64,000 bases of DNA, taken from contig JFAX01000001.1 in NCBI GenBank assembly GCA_000585015.1, positions 64,110 to 128,109 of the forward strand, in the 5' to 3' direction. The notes beneath the pieces are model-generated. The model ran no database searches, was not told the DNA's origin, and saw nothing but the letters and a program-made list of their open reading frames with translations. Shown one piece after another: positions 41,240 to 50,835 of this stretch. Origin of the DNA: Candidatus Accumulibacter adjunctus. Lineage in GTDB: Bacteria > Pseudomonadota > Gammaproteobacteria > Burkholderiales > Rhodocyclaceae. Position 1 is the stretch's first letter. Each line of letters starts with the position of its first letter. Made by a program: the position numbers and the translations under genes.

Positions 41240-42535
41240 TCACCCCCTCAGTCTTGACCAGACGGTCCGAGCCAGGCGCGAGACGGTTGGCGAACGATCG
41301 ACGAAACGGCTCATGTTGCGCCTGAACGATTGCCGGCGCCAATGCTTCGCGTACGTCTGCCGCATGTCCTCTTCGTAGCGACGGATGGTCCGTTGCACGG
41401 TTTCGGCGTCTGCGGCCGGACCGCTCCCGACGCGATGCGATTCGATGAGCCCGATCACGGTCGCTGCCTTGTGCCGGTAGTGCAACTCCTTGGTGTCAAG
41501 GATCGTTTCCCGGCAGTTGCTGATCAGTCTATCCACCAGCTGGCGGTCGCGCATCGCCTCCAGAACCTGCTGAAAATCGCTGGCATCGGCGCTGATGGGA
41601 ATGTAGTGCTCCCATGGCCTGACGATACCGCTGTAGTCGCCCTCTACCAGCACTTGGCAACTGCCGAGCAACCCCGCCTCGAGGACGCGAGGCGAAATCG
41701 CGGTGAATGAGTGGCGCCCGTCGAGGCCTGGGAAGCAGTTTGCCTCGACTTCCTCGAAGGACGCTGCCGGATGGGCGTTGAGGTAGGCCCGGACCCTTCG
41801 CTGAATGTCCCCGCGCGGATCGAGAAGGCTGCTGCCGCTGTTGGCACCAAGGGTGAAGCGGCAATCGCCCAGGAAGTCCAGCCACTGCGGGCCAAGCAGT
41901 GTGCCCTGATCGCCGAGAACGATGTCGGTCGTCAGGCCGGCACGCTTGGCAGGGATCTCCACCCGTTCACCAATCGCCCACTTCGTCTCCCCGATCCTGC
42001 CGAAGTAGGGGGGAAGTCGGCGTGCCCGGTAGCCGATGTCGATCCGCCTGTGGTCGAATGGCCTTCCCTCCTTGGCGAGGAGCGTCGGGTCGACGTACCC
42101 TGTATAGGCAAGGCGTATCGAGCCCTGGCGATGGTAGCGGGGATAGAGGACATTCCAGTGCGAGGAGATCACCGAGAACAAGTGGTCTACCCGCCAGTCG
42201 CACATCCAGTCGTCGAGCAGTTCGTTGCAGTCGTACTCGTCCTGCGGGAACGCAAGCTTCAGTCCTCCGCTGTCGCGGACGAAGCTGTACGTCTCCCTGA
42301 TGTTCAGGAACGTCGCTTCGGCTAGCCAGCGAATCCACAGGAAGGTGACATCGAGAACGATGGCATCGAAGTCGACATCCCGCACGTAATCGGGCAGCGG
42401 CAGCTCCGTGTCGTGGTAGAGGTAGTTGTGCTCGGGAAAGGCGTCGCGCAACGCGAATACATGGTGACACAGGAAGCTCGGGGCCAGGCGAGGGTTCCCG
42501 AGTCGATGCAACACCATGATGTTGAGGCGGCTCAT
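41240..42535 (-). CDS. uncharacterised CgeB-like (Glyco_trans_1_2-type C-terminal half) protein, paralog 1
   Basis: 431 aa. Shares motifs QDEYD, IGYRARRLPPYFGRIGETK, LGANSGSS and SPRVLEAGLLGSCQVLVEGDYSGIV with 44435..45748 and with the C-terminal half of 48158..50833. Confidence 0.7.
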   Translation of the reverse strand: MSRLNIMVLHRLGNPRLAPSFLCHHVFALRDAFPEHNYLYHDTELPLPDYVRDVDFDAIVLDVTFLWIRWLAEATFLNIRETYSFVRDSGGLKLAFPQDEYDCNELLDDWMCDWRVDHLFSVISSHWNVLYPRYHRQGSIRLAYTGYVDPTLLAKEGRPFDHRRIDIGYRARRLPPYFGRIGETKWAIGERVEIPAKRAGLTTDIVLGDQGTLLGPQWLDFLGDCRFTLGANSGSSLLDPRGDIQRRVRAYLNAHPAASFEEVEANCFPGLDGRHSFTAISPRVLEAGLLGSCQVLVEGDYSGIVRPWEHYIPISADASDFQQVLEAMRDRQLVDRLISNCRETILDTKELHYRHKAATVIGLIESHRVGSGPAADAETVQRTIRRYEEDMRQTYAKHWRRQSFRRNMSRFVDRSPTVSRLARTVWSRLRG

Positions 42536-42542
42536 CCCCTTC

Positions 42543-44435
42543 TCAATCGATGAACTGCTGGTGCCACAGCTCCAGGCTCAACAGCGCCCACAGGTTTCGG
42601 CCATAGGTACTCTGGGTATCCAAAACGGCATCGATCGAAAGCGGTCCGTTCAGATAGGGGCGTGAGCGCGCAGCCTGCGATGCGAAGAGGTCGCCGATCA
42701 GCTCACGTGTCGGGCCGGGCCGCTTGAGCCACAGGTTGAGCGGAACCGGGAAGCCCATCTTGTCTCTGCGTTCACGAATCGCGACGGGCAGACGATCCGA
42801 AAAGACCGCTTTGAGCAATCGCTTCAGCTCGCCATTGCGGAACTTGATGTCAGCCGGGATGGTGGCGGCAAACTCGACCAGTGGGTGGTCGAGAAACGGC
42901 ACACGAGCCTCGACGCCATGCGCCATGCTCATGCGATCCTCAACCTGCAGCAGTGCGGGCAGCAAGGTCTTGAAATCGAAGTGAGTCATGGAATCGAAGT
43001 ACGATTCCTTGCCGACATTGCTGCCCCAGAAGATGCTCCTGAACTCTTCGAAGGTCGATCGCTGGTCGAGAAGCTCGGGAGCGATGATCGTCCCGAAAGT
43101 ATTGGCGCGGTTTACCAGGCGCCAGTAGCGCTCATCCCGTTCGCCAAACAGGCCGCCTGCCCAGAACTCCCGCAGCATCGGCTTGTACTGGCGGAGGCTT
43201 TCCAGGTTCGGAATGATCGATTCGTAGGTCACCACGTAATTGCCATTGTGCAGCGAACCTTCGATGGCGCCCTTGATGCACTGCTCGAAATAGGCAACCA
43301 GATAGCGCGCATAACCACCGAAAATCTCGTCGCCTCCCTGGCCTCCCAGAACCACCTTGATGTGCCTGCCGACTTCCTTCGACACCATGTATTGCGGGAA
43401 CGAGCCTGGGCCAGCGACTGGCTGATCGAGATGCCAGATGACCTTGGCTATGTGGTCGACGAAGTCCTGCTCACCGATGTCCGCAACAAAGAGTTCCATG
43501 CTGCGTTCGTCGGCCAAGGCTCTGGCATAAGCGGACTCGTCGAACTCAATGCCGTCGAGGAAGCGCCCGTTGAACGCCTTGAACGGGCCGCTTGGCCGGA
43601 CTTCGCGAGCGAGCGCTGCCAGTAGACTCGAGTCGACACCGCCGCTGACGTAACTGCCGACCTCGACGTCGGCACGTAGATGAATTTTCACCGAGTCATG
43701 CAGCAGCTCGATCAAACGGTTGGTGAACCAGCGCTCCGTATGATCGTAATCGATGTCGTAGTGGACTTCCCAGTAGCGACGAACGAGCTCTTCCTGCCCG
43801 GATGAGAGAATGGCGTAGTGCGCGGCAGGTAGTTGCCAAACTCCCTCCATGAGCGTCTTTTCGCCAAGGCAGAACTGGAAGGTCAAATAGTCAGCCAATG
43901 CGGCCTGGCTCACACGGCGTCGTCCCAGAAAGGGCAGCAGTGCCTTGGCTTCGGAAGCAAAATAGAACCCATGGTCGGTTCTGGTCCAGTACAGCGGCTT
44001 GATGCCAAAGCGGTCCCGCGCCAGGAAAAGCTTCTGCTCACGGGCATCCCAAATTGCCAGAGCGAACATGCCGCGCAGGTGACTGACGCAGTCGACTCCC
44101 CAGCGTTGAAAAGCACGCAGCACGACTTCCGTATCGGAGCGCGTGCGGAAAGAGTGTTCACCGAGTTCCGCACGCAACTCCAGGTAATTGTAAATCTCTC
44201 CGTTGTAGATGATGGTGAAACGTCCATCATCACTGTGCATCGGCTGCGCTCCCGACTCCAGGTCGATGATCGCCAAGCGCACGTGACCCAGTCCCACCTG
44301 GCCACTCTCGGAAGCCCATTTGCCTGCCCCGTCGGGGCCGCGATGGCGAATTTCGTGCATGCCGACATCGAGATCCCGGGACGAGGCAGACTGCTCCCGG
44401 ATGCCCGTTGCGAGGAAACCAAAGATTCCACACAT
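42543..44435 (-). CDS. asparagine synthase family glutamine-hydrolysing amidotransferase (AsnB-like 1)
   Basis: Trimmed to the ATG at 44435 (MCGIFGF, the Ntn Cys2 glutaminase start). The ATG overlaps the upstream stop (ATGA). Has YNGEIYNY and the PP-loop SGGVDSS. Confidence 0.9.
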   Translation of the reverse strand: MCGIFGFLATGIREQSASSRDLDVGMHEIRHRGPDGAGKWASESGQVGLGHVRLAIIDLESGAQPMHSDDGRFTIIYNGEIYNYLELRAELGEHSFRTRSDTEVVLRAFQRWGVDCVSHLRGMFALAIWDAREQKLFLARDRFGIKPLYWTRTDHGFYFASEAKALLPFLGRRRVSQAALADYLTFQFCLGEKTLMEGVWQLPAAHYAILSSGQEELVRRYWEVHYDIDYDHTERWFTNRLIELLHDSVKIHLRADVEVGSYVSGGVDSSLLAALAREVRPSGPFKAFNGRFLDGIEFDESAYARALADERSMELFVADIGEQDFVDHIAKVIWHLDQPVAGPGSFPQYMVSKEVGRHIKVVLGGQGGDEIFGGYARYLVAYFEQCIKGAIEGSLHNGNYVVTYESIIPNLESLRQYKPMLREFWAGGLFGERDERYWRLVNRANTFGTIIAPELLDQRSTFEEFRSIFWGSNVGKESYFDSMTHFDFKTLLPALLQVEDRMSMAHGVEARVPFLDHPLVEFAATIPADIKFRNGELKRLLKAVFSDRLPVAIRERRDKMGFPVPLNLWLKRPGPTRELIGDLFASQAARSRPYLNGPLSIDAVLDTQSTYGRNLWALLSLELWHQQFID

Positions 44436-45748
44436 CAGCTTCTTCTCCCTTTGATGAATCGCTTGAGGACTGGCTTCAACTCGCTCCGGACGTTGCCCGG
44501 AAGGCGCGCCCACAGGGTATAGCCCAGCTGCCTTGCCAGCGACGGCACCTCGGCTGGGTCAGTAATGACGGCTCGTATTGGGGAGGTGGTGATCGATGAT
44601 GGTTGGTCAGGAAGCGAATTCCGGTCGCTCGCTGCCGCCAACCTTCCGGGATCGCTCGGCATACCGGCGACGGCACGCTGAATCTCCTCATCCACCATGA
44701 GCACGAAAGCCTGATAAGAGTATTTGCCGGAGGCGATCACGTCACGATACGCGCGCTCAGCCATGGCGTCCACGTAGGCGCCATCCTGCAACCTGGAAAC
44801 CACTTCGTCGAGGTTACTCCCGTCCTTTCTAAGCGCGATGAAGTGCTCTCCAGCTTGAACGACCCCGGAGTAGCTCCCTTCGAAGAGCACGAGAACTGTT
44901 CTGAAGGCGATTGCCTCGAAGACTCGCGGAGAAACTTGGTTCATCGCGCCGTCGATCTCATGCGGACGAACCAGCTTCTCATAGACCGACTCGTCGGCTG
45001 TCGCGGGATGCTCCTTCCTGAAATCCGCGATACGGTCGCCAAGGGAACCATCCCAGTCGAAGACATTGCTTCCGCTCTCGGATCCCAGCATGGCGCGACA
45101 AGACATCATGAACTCATACCACTTGGGCCCGTATATCCTGCTCTCTTCGCTCCATGAGATATCCGACGATATCTGGTGCACGTCACAGTAAGTCTTGACC
45201 ATTCTGCCAACAGCGACTTTTTCGATCCCCAGCTGTCCGTAGCGGATTGGCAAGGGACGTCCGCGATAGCCTATCAGCAGCTGCCGCTGAGAGGGCGGAG
45301 ACAAGTGGGGAATCGCGTCTCCGAGATGCTGCGGCACATAGCCAGTGAGATTGCTGACAAAACGGACGCCGGGAAACTCCGCAGTCGGGTATATTTTTTC
45401 GATCTGCCTCGTCGGCACCACAGTAAATACAAGGTGGAAGCCCAGCTGTTTGATCCAGTGCCAGGCGCGATGCGTATGATCGTACTCGTCTTGGATAAAG
45501 AGGAACTTTGCCCCACCATATTCGGACAGTGCTTTTCCGAGTGAGGGGGATACCTGGTCAAACGGTAGTCGCACGCTGTAGTGGAGACCCACCGCCGCGA
45601 AGCGGGACAATTCAGCAGAAAATTCAGAATACTGATCCGCATGACAGAAGAAGAACCTGTGCCGAGATTGCCTGGCAAAACAGGCCAAATGCTCGAAGAC
45701 GGTGTTTGTGTAAGTCTGGGTCGCGTTATAGACAAGAAGAATATTCAT
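44435..45748 (-). CDS. uncharacterised CgeB-like protein, paralog 2
   Basis: Start chosen at the ATG at 45748 (MNILLVYNATQ), by alignment to LNVALLFDPAS in the 891-aa fusion; 45757 is also possible. Motifs QDEYD, IGYRGRPLPIRYGQLGIEK, LGSESGSN and SPRVFEAIAFRTVLVLFEGSYSGVV. Confidence 0.7.
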   Translation of the reverse strand: MNILLVYNATQTYTNTVFEHLACFARQSRHRFFFCHADQYSEFSAELSRFAAVGLHYSVRLPFDQVSPSLGKALSEYGGAKFLFIQDEYDHTHRAWHWIKQLGFHLVFTVVPTRQIEKIYPTAEFPGVRFVSNLTGYVPQHLGDAIPHLSPPSQRQLLIGYRGRPLPIRYGQLGIEKVAVGRMVKTYCDVHQISSDISWSEESRIYGPKWYEFMMSCRAMLGSESGSNVFDWDGSLGDRIADFRKEHPATADESVYEKLVRPHEIDGAMNQVSPRVFEAIAFRTVLVLFEGSYSGVVQAGEHFIALRKDGSNLDEVVSRLQDGAYVDAMAERAYRDVIASGKYSYQAFVLMVDEEIQRAVAGMPSDPGRLAAASDRNSLPDQPSSITTSPIRAVITDPAEVPSLARQLGYTLWARLPGNVRSELKPVLKRFIKGRRS

Positions 45749-45950
45749 CTGCACCATTTGCTTACAGGAAACGATGACCGAAACGCACGCCGACCGGGAT
45801 CGAAGCTTCAGATGGGGCTCGCGAACGCGACATCGCTTCATCAAGGACCCCACTCGCAATCAAGCGTCTCTCGGGCCTGTCGGCGATCGCGCGCGTTCGT
45901 CTTGTCATCAGATAGGGTAGCGTACAGGAGCAACGAAAGACGGCCGCCTC

Positions 45951-47855
45951 CTAAGAGTCAATATCGGCTCTCGAAAGCGATCCGGCACGCCACCACCCGG
46001 AGCGGTAGATGCATAGCCATTCCGATAGACTGATCCAGCGCCAAAGCTCCCAAGAGTGATTGCAATGCCCTGATTGATGTTCTTGCCAAAGCGTAGCCAT
46101 CTTTTGACCGTCGTAGCCTGGCAGGGAATGCAGAGCGGTATCCATGATTCGTTCGTGCGCCCAGCCATGCAGGCTGTCGCGTAACCAGTGATCAAGGGGG
46201 GCGGCATAGCCGACCTTGTCGGCTCGCCAACGGATCGATCGGGGAATGGTTCTCCCCGCAGCCATCCGCAATATCCACTTTTGCCAACCGTTCCTGACGT
46301 AGAGGTCGTCCGGAAGGGAAACGCAGAAGTCTACCAGCTCATGGTCGAGAAACGGCAATCTTCCTTCGCGAGAGAAAGCCATCGCGTTTCTGTCGGCATA
46401 GCGGAGGAGCATTGGCAGGCTGTTGTACAACAAGGCTTCTGAGATCGTCCGACGCAACCGGAAGCCAGGCTTCGCCGGCGCGGTGCCAACGCAGTCAGGA
46501 TAGTGGGAAACCGAAGAAGATGGTCGGCCAAGCTTGTGAAGTTCGTCGGTGGAGTAGGCGACCGATGCGTTGAACCGCCTCTGCGCTCCCTGGTACTGCT
46601 CGCTGGCGATACGCAGCCGACGATTGAACTTTGCCGACTCCCTGATCGCCAGAGCGAGGCGACCCTGATCAAGCAGGTCAAGTTGCCGCTGCCGAAAGTA
46701 GAACTGATAACCCGCGAGCAGCTCGTCCGCTCCCTGTCCGTCGAGCAAGACTGTCGTATCATGCTGACGTGCGAGGCGCGCGACGCACCACTGCAGGTAG
46801 ATTGAGGCAGAAAGGAACGGCTCTTCCTGATGCCAGTGAAGCAGTGCCGACTCCTGTGCCAGTCGCAAGGAGTCCGGCGTCACTTGAAATGAATTGACGC
46901 CGGTGTGTGTGGCGACCGCTTCGACTTCCTTGCCTTCCGACATCGTCGGATCCTCTGGAAACACGGCGGAGAACGTGTTTTGGGTAAAACTTGCGGAACT
47001 GCGTTCACGGGCGAGGTACCCGACAATGACCGAGGAATCCAGTCCGCCTGAAAGGCTTGATCCGACAGGCACGTCAGCACGCAGTCTGAGAGTGACGCTT
47101 CGCTGCAGCAGTTCGGAAAATCGGTCTACGGCCTCGCGCGGCGTCAGGTCGCTGTTGATCGATGTGTAATCCGGGGTCCAGTAGCGCCAGCGCTCCTCTT
47201 CGCTTCCATCCTCACGGAACCAAGCCGCACTGGCGGGAGGAAACCGCTCGATATTCTCGAAGAAGCTCAGTTCATCGTCCTCGTACCAAGCCCCACTGGC
47301 AAAGCGTTCGAGAGCGCGCTCGCTGACGCTGCAGCGGACCAGCGGATGAACCAGGATCGCCTTCATCTCGGAAGCCATGACGAGGGTATTGAAGCGTCCT
47401 CTGCCTAGGAAAAGGGGCTTTTCGCCAAAGCGGTCGCGAGCCACCAACATTCTGCGGCAGCGTTCATCCCACAAGGCAAAAGCGAACATCCCGTTGAAGC
47501 GCTGCAGAGCCGCTTCCCCCCACTGCTCAAAGGCTGTCAGCAAGACTTCGGTGTCGCTACGGGTACGGAACACATGGCCGAGCGCCGCGAGCTCGCTGCG
47601 CAATTCCAGGTAGTTGTAGATTTCCCCGTTGAAGACGAGACGCAAGTTGCCGTCTGCCGTTGCCATCGGTTGATCTGCCAAGTGCGAAATGTCGATGATC
47701 GACAAACGACGATGCGCCAAGCCAACTCGGCCTCCTTGTCGAATCCAGTTCGATCCGTTGTCGGGGCCCCGGTGAACCAGTCGATCGCGCATCGCCGAAA
47801 GCAGGTCCTCGCGTATGGGTAGCGCCGGGGAAATGACACCAACAATGCCGCACAT
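45951..47855 (-). CDS. asparagine synthase family glutamine-hydrolysing amidotransferase (AsnB-like 2)
   Basis: Trimmed to the ATG at 47855 (MCGIVGV), with GAGGA 10 nt upstream. Has FNGEIYNY and the PP-loop SGGLDSS. Confidence 0.9.
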   Translation of the reverse strand: MCGIVGVISPALPIREDLLSAMRDRLVHRGPDNGSNWIRQGGRVGLAHRRLSIIDISHLADQPMATADGNLRLVFNGEIYNYLELRSELAALGHVFRTRSDTEVLLTAFEQWGEAALQRFNGMFAFALWDERCRRMLVARDRFGEKPLFLGRGRFNTLVMASEMKAILVHPLVRCSVSERALERFASGAWYEDDELSFFENIERFPPASAAWFREDGSEEERWRYWTPDYTSINSDLTPREAVDRFSELLQRSVTLRLRADVPVGSSLSGGLDSSVIVGYLARERSSASFTQNTFSAVFPEDPTMSEGKEVEAVATHTGVNSFQVTPDSLRLAQESALLHWHQEEPFLSASIYLQWCVARLARQHDTTVLLDGQGADELLAGYQFYFRQRQLDLLDQGRLALAIRESAKFNRRLRIASEQYQGAQRRFNASVAYSTDELHKLGRPSSSVSHYPDCVGTAPAKPGFRLRRTISEALLYNSLPMLLRYADRNAMAFSREGRLPFLDHELVDFCVSLPDDLYVRNGWQKWILRMAAGRTIPRSIRWRADKVGYAAPLDHWLRDSLHGWAHERIMDTALHSLPGYDGQKMATLWQEHQSGHCNHSWELWRWISLSEWLCIYRSGWWRAGSLSRADIDS

Positions 47856-48157
47856 GTCAGCCGTCCTCGCAGCCAGCGCCCCGACACATCGCGGGCACGA
47901 CGCGAAGGCGCAGGAAGCCAGCATCCGGATGATGCGCTGATACTTGGGGGGACCACGATCGCTGGTCGCCTTGCGCTGATGGCGCTGCGGCATCAGCGGT
48001 TGTCCCTTGAGCAAGATCCAGCCTGAGCCGACGAGACGCGGAACGCTGCCGGGAGCGACTCCCCGCCGAGAGACGGCGACCCAGAAGGTCTTTGAAGTCT
48101 CGAACGGATGAATCGCTGAGGCTCAAGATCGCGAGGTGGAATCCAGTGCTCCGCACG

Positions 48158-50833
48158 CTAGCCCCCCTTGACGATCTTCCAGATCCTGGAACGAACACTC
48201 AGTGGCACCTTTGAATAGACTATTCGTGCGAGCCGGTTTGCCATGGGTTGCTGTGCGACTGCGGCATGCACCCTACGCAGAGAAGGAGCGCCGTACCGCA
48301 ACAGCAGTTGCTTCCCCATCCGGAGCACAGCAGCCCTGCTCTCCGCACGCTGCGCCGCCGACTCCGTTGGGCTCCCCGCACCCGGGTCGCTCTTGTCTGC
48401 CAGCGATTGCAGCAGCTTCTGCTGAATTCCCTGAAAGGACTCCTTCCCGTCCAGCACATCCGCAGCACCAGCCAGACCCAAAGGAATGGCGGGAAGGCAC
48501 GGACTGACCACACCTGCGTCGCTCACCACATAGACCGCGCCGTACATCGGTCTTCTCGGCACTCGGCGAAGACAGCGTGCCCGCAGATCCTCATCGACGC
48601 ACTCGACGAATGCCCGATAGGAGTATCTTCCAGAAACAATGACCTCAGAATACGCCCTTTCAGTCATCGAATGGATGAGATCATCGTTCTGCAGTTTGCG
48701 CACGACCTCTTCGAAGTTCGAAAAGTCCTTCTTCAGTGCAATGTAGTGCCGATTCGGCTCCACGACTCCGGAGTAGTCGCCTTCGAAAAGGATCAGTGCC
48801 GTGTGCAGCCGGATTGCCTCAAAGATCTTCGGCGAAACCTGATTCATGCGGATCTTGCCGTCATGCTCGCGCAGGACGGTGTTCCAGACTTCCGTGAAGG
48901 AGACTTTGGGGTTTCGCTCCTTGATGCGAGCGATCTGTTGGCTCAGGGAGCCGTCAAAATCGAACACATTGGAGCCGCTTTCAGTTCCCAGAGTGGCCCG
49001 TGCGGAGCCAAGAAACTCGTACCAAGCATCGCCATAGATGCGCGCTTCCGCCTCGCAGGAGATGTCGACCGGCAGGCCCATGGCTTCAGAGAGCCGCTTG
49101 ACCTCGGTGCCAATCACATACTTTTCATGGCCGAGCTGGCCGTATATTTCTGGCAGTCGGCGCCCCCGGTAGGCGATCGCCTTGCTTCGCTCGGCGAGAG
49201 AGGTCACGAAGCGATCGATCCCTGCCGCTTCCGGAACATACCCGGTAAGCGTCGGGAGAAAATCCGTTGCGGGAAATCTGTAGGCCGGATAGACAGCCTC
49301 TCGCTGTTCCAGCGGAACACAGGTATAGACCAGATCAAATCCCAATCGATCCATCCACGTCCGGGCGCACTCGACTGCTTCGTACTCGTCCTGGATGAAA
49401 AGCACCTTCAGTCCGTGGAATGATTCCAAGGCGATGGCAAAATTCTCGACAAGGTGGTGCGGCAGCGAGACGCGGATCGAATAATGAACGATGACGACGT
49501 CAAAGAGCGAGAAGTCGATGCTACCAAATGTCTCGATTGTCGAAGTAGCGCCGGAAACGTTGGTCGCCGGTACGAAGGTGAAATCATGCGCAGAATAGCG
49601 CCGAAATGCCCGGATGTGCTCGGAAACCGTGCCCACGTGACAAGACGCCGGGTCGAACAGAAGCGCCACGTTCAACGGCACTGTCGATCCGCGCGCGCGC
49701 CGCGAGAGTGCGTTCAGTTCCGCAGCAACGGTTGTGAAGCGGCTGTCGTAGGAATTTTCGCGCGCCAACTCGCGTCGCTGGCAAAGCAAGGCGGGATCGT
49801 CCCGGAGGCTGCTCATGCGAGTGATGGCTTCGGCGAACTCTGCTGCGCTACGGGCAAACCGGAGAACGCCGGAGTGGACAGCATGCCTGGCCAAAGGATC
49901 GATCGGCACGGAAACGACCGGCAACCCGCAAGCGATATACTCGAATGTCTTGAGCGGAAGCGAATTGCGGATCCATTCGTCCTGAACGAACGGTATGATT
50001 CCAACGGACGCCCGCAGCATTTCGCCGGCGAAATCCTTCGGGTTCATCGGCCCAAGCAGTCGTACGTTCTCGCGCTTCCGTAGTCTGCTCAACCCGACAG
50101 ATTCCAGGCAGGGTCCGGCAAAACGAAATTCGTATTCTGGCAGGAGCACCGCAAGCGCGTGCAGGAGTTCATAGTCCAGGCGGGCATTGAGCGCACCCTG
50201 ATAAATTACGACGGGCGCGCGCTCGCCCTCGGCTTGCGTGCAGTTGGCGGAGTCATCCAGTTCGGCAAAGAACTCAAAGTCGCATCCGTTCTCTGCAACC
50301 ACGGCGGGTCCGCGATAGCCACAGTTAGACCGGAGTTCCGCCAGGACAGGTTCGGTGACGGCAACGACCAGATCAATTTCGGCGGTCAGTCGCCGAACTG
50401 ATTCGGTAATAACTGCCGAGGTGGACATCGCGGAAGACGGGGTGAAATAATCTTCAGTTGCATGGTAAACGCGCAGGGATCGTGGCAGGGCAGAAATCAA
50501 GCGCTCGTAGTGCAAGGAATCGTAAATCCAGAGCAAGGGGCACTTGATTCCCCGATGTCTCAACAGTTCAAGGATGGATTCGGTCTGCCTTGGCGAAATC
50601 GGTGCGCTGACATTGATCAGGTCAATGCCAGCAAGGCCGGCGTTGGCCGCCTGAAAGTCCTTCCCGACCAGCCGCTGATTCTGGAGAAATATTACGGGGA
50701 TATGCCGGGCGAACCGGGTTGCATAATGGTATCGATTGCTGCGCCGCTCCGTTGTCCAATCCGACCACGTCAGGAACAGGACGGCATCGAATTGATCGAG
50801 GGCGGGTGCTGATGCGAGCTGTTCCGTTTTCAT
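48158..50833 (-). CDS. two-module protein: N-terminal group 1 glycosyltransferase (TuaH-like) fused to CgeB-like unit (paralog 3)
   Basis: 891 aa. Residues 1 to about 400 are GT-B (VVIYQGALNARLD, LKTFEYIACGLPVV). From about 420 on they are colinear with the two stand-alone CgeB-like proteins (QDEYE, IAYRGRRLPEIYGQLGHEK, LGTESGSN, SPKIFEAIRLHTALILFEGDYSGVV). Confidence 0.78.
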   Translation of the reverse strand: MKTEQLASAPALDQFDAVLFLTWSDWTTERRSNRYHYATRFARHIPVIFLQNQRLVGKDFQAANAGLAGIDLINVSAPISPRQTESILELLRHRGIKCPLLWIYDSLHYERLISALPRSLRVYHATEDYFTPSSAMSTSAVITESVRRLTAEIDLVVAVTEPVLAELRSNCGYRGPAVVAENGCDFEFFAELDDSANCTQAEGERAPVVIYQGALNARLDYELLHALAVLLPEYEFRFAGPCLESVGLSRLRKRENVRLLGPMNPKDFAGEMLRASVGIIPFVQDEWIRNSLPLKTFEYIACGLPVVSVPIDPLARHAVHSGVLRFARSAAEFAEAITRMSSLRDDPALLCQRRELARENSYDSRFTTVAAELNALSRRARGSTVPLNVALLFDPASCHVGTVSEHIRAFRRYSAHDFTFVPATNVSGATSTIETFGSIDFSLFDVVIVHYSIRVSLPHHLVENFAIALESFHGLKVLFIQDEYEAVECARTWMDRLGFDLVYTCVPLEQREAVYPAYRFPATDFLPTLTGYVPEAAGIDRFVTSLAERSKAIAYRGRRLPEIYGQLGHEKYVIGTEVKRLSEAMGLPVDISCEAEARIYGDAWYEFLGSARATLGTESGSNVFDFDGSLSQQIARIKERNPKVSFTEVWNTVLREHDGKIRMNQVSPKIFEAIRLHTALILFEGDYSGVVEPNRHYIALKKDFSNFEEVVRKLQNDDLIHSMTERAYSEVIVSGRYSYRAFVECVDEDLRARCLRRVPRRPMYGAVYVVSDAGVVSPCLPAIPLGLAGAADVLDGKESFQGIQQKLLQSLADKSDPGAGSPTESAAQRAESRAAVLRMGKQLLLRYGAPSLRRVHAAVAQQPMANRLARIVYSKVPLSVRSRIWKIVKGG

Positions 50834-50835
50834 GC

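Noticed and set aside
42543-47855. AsnB-like genes considered as lasso-peptide cyclases or other RiPP enzymes, given the nearby ABC transporter, ATP-grasp and GNAT
   Set aside because: Both complete copies keep the Met-Cys Ntn glutaminase start and full glutaminase domains, which lasso cyclases lack. I saw no leader-peptidase (B protein) or short precursor ORF. The transporter is the ABC-2 Wzm/Wzt polysaccharide type.
47857-48198. 113-aa minus-strand ORF filling the gap upstream of AsnB-like 2
   Set aside because: It is Ser/Arg-rich and low-complexity with no RBS or motif, and it overlaps the end of the 891-aa gene. It is more likely non-coding spacer.
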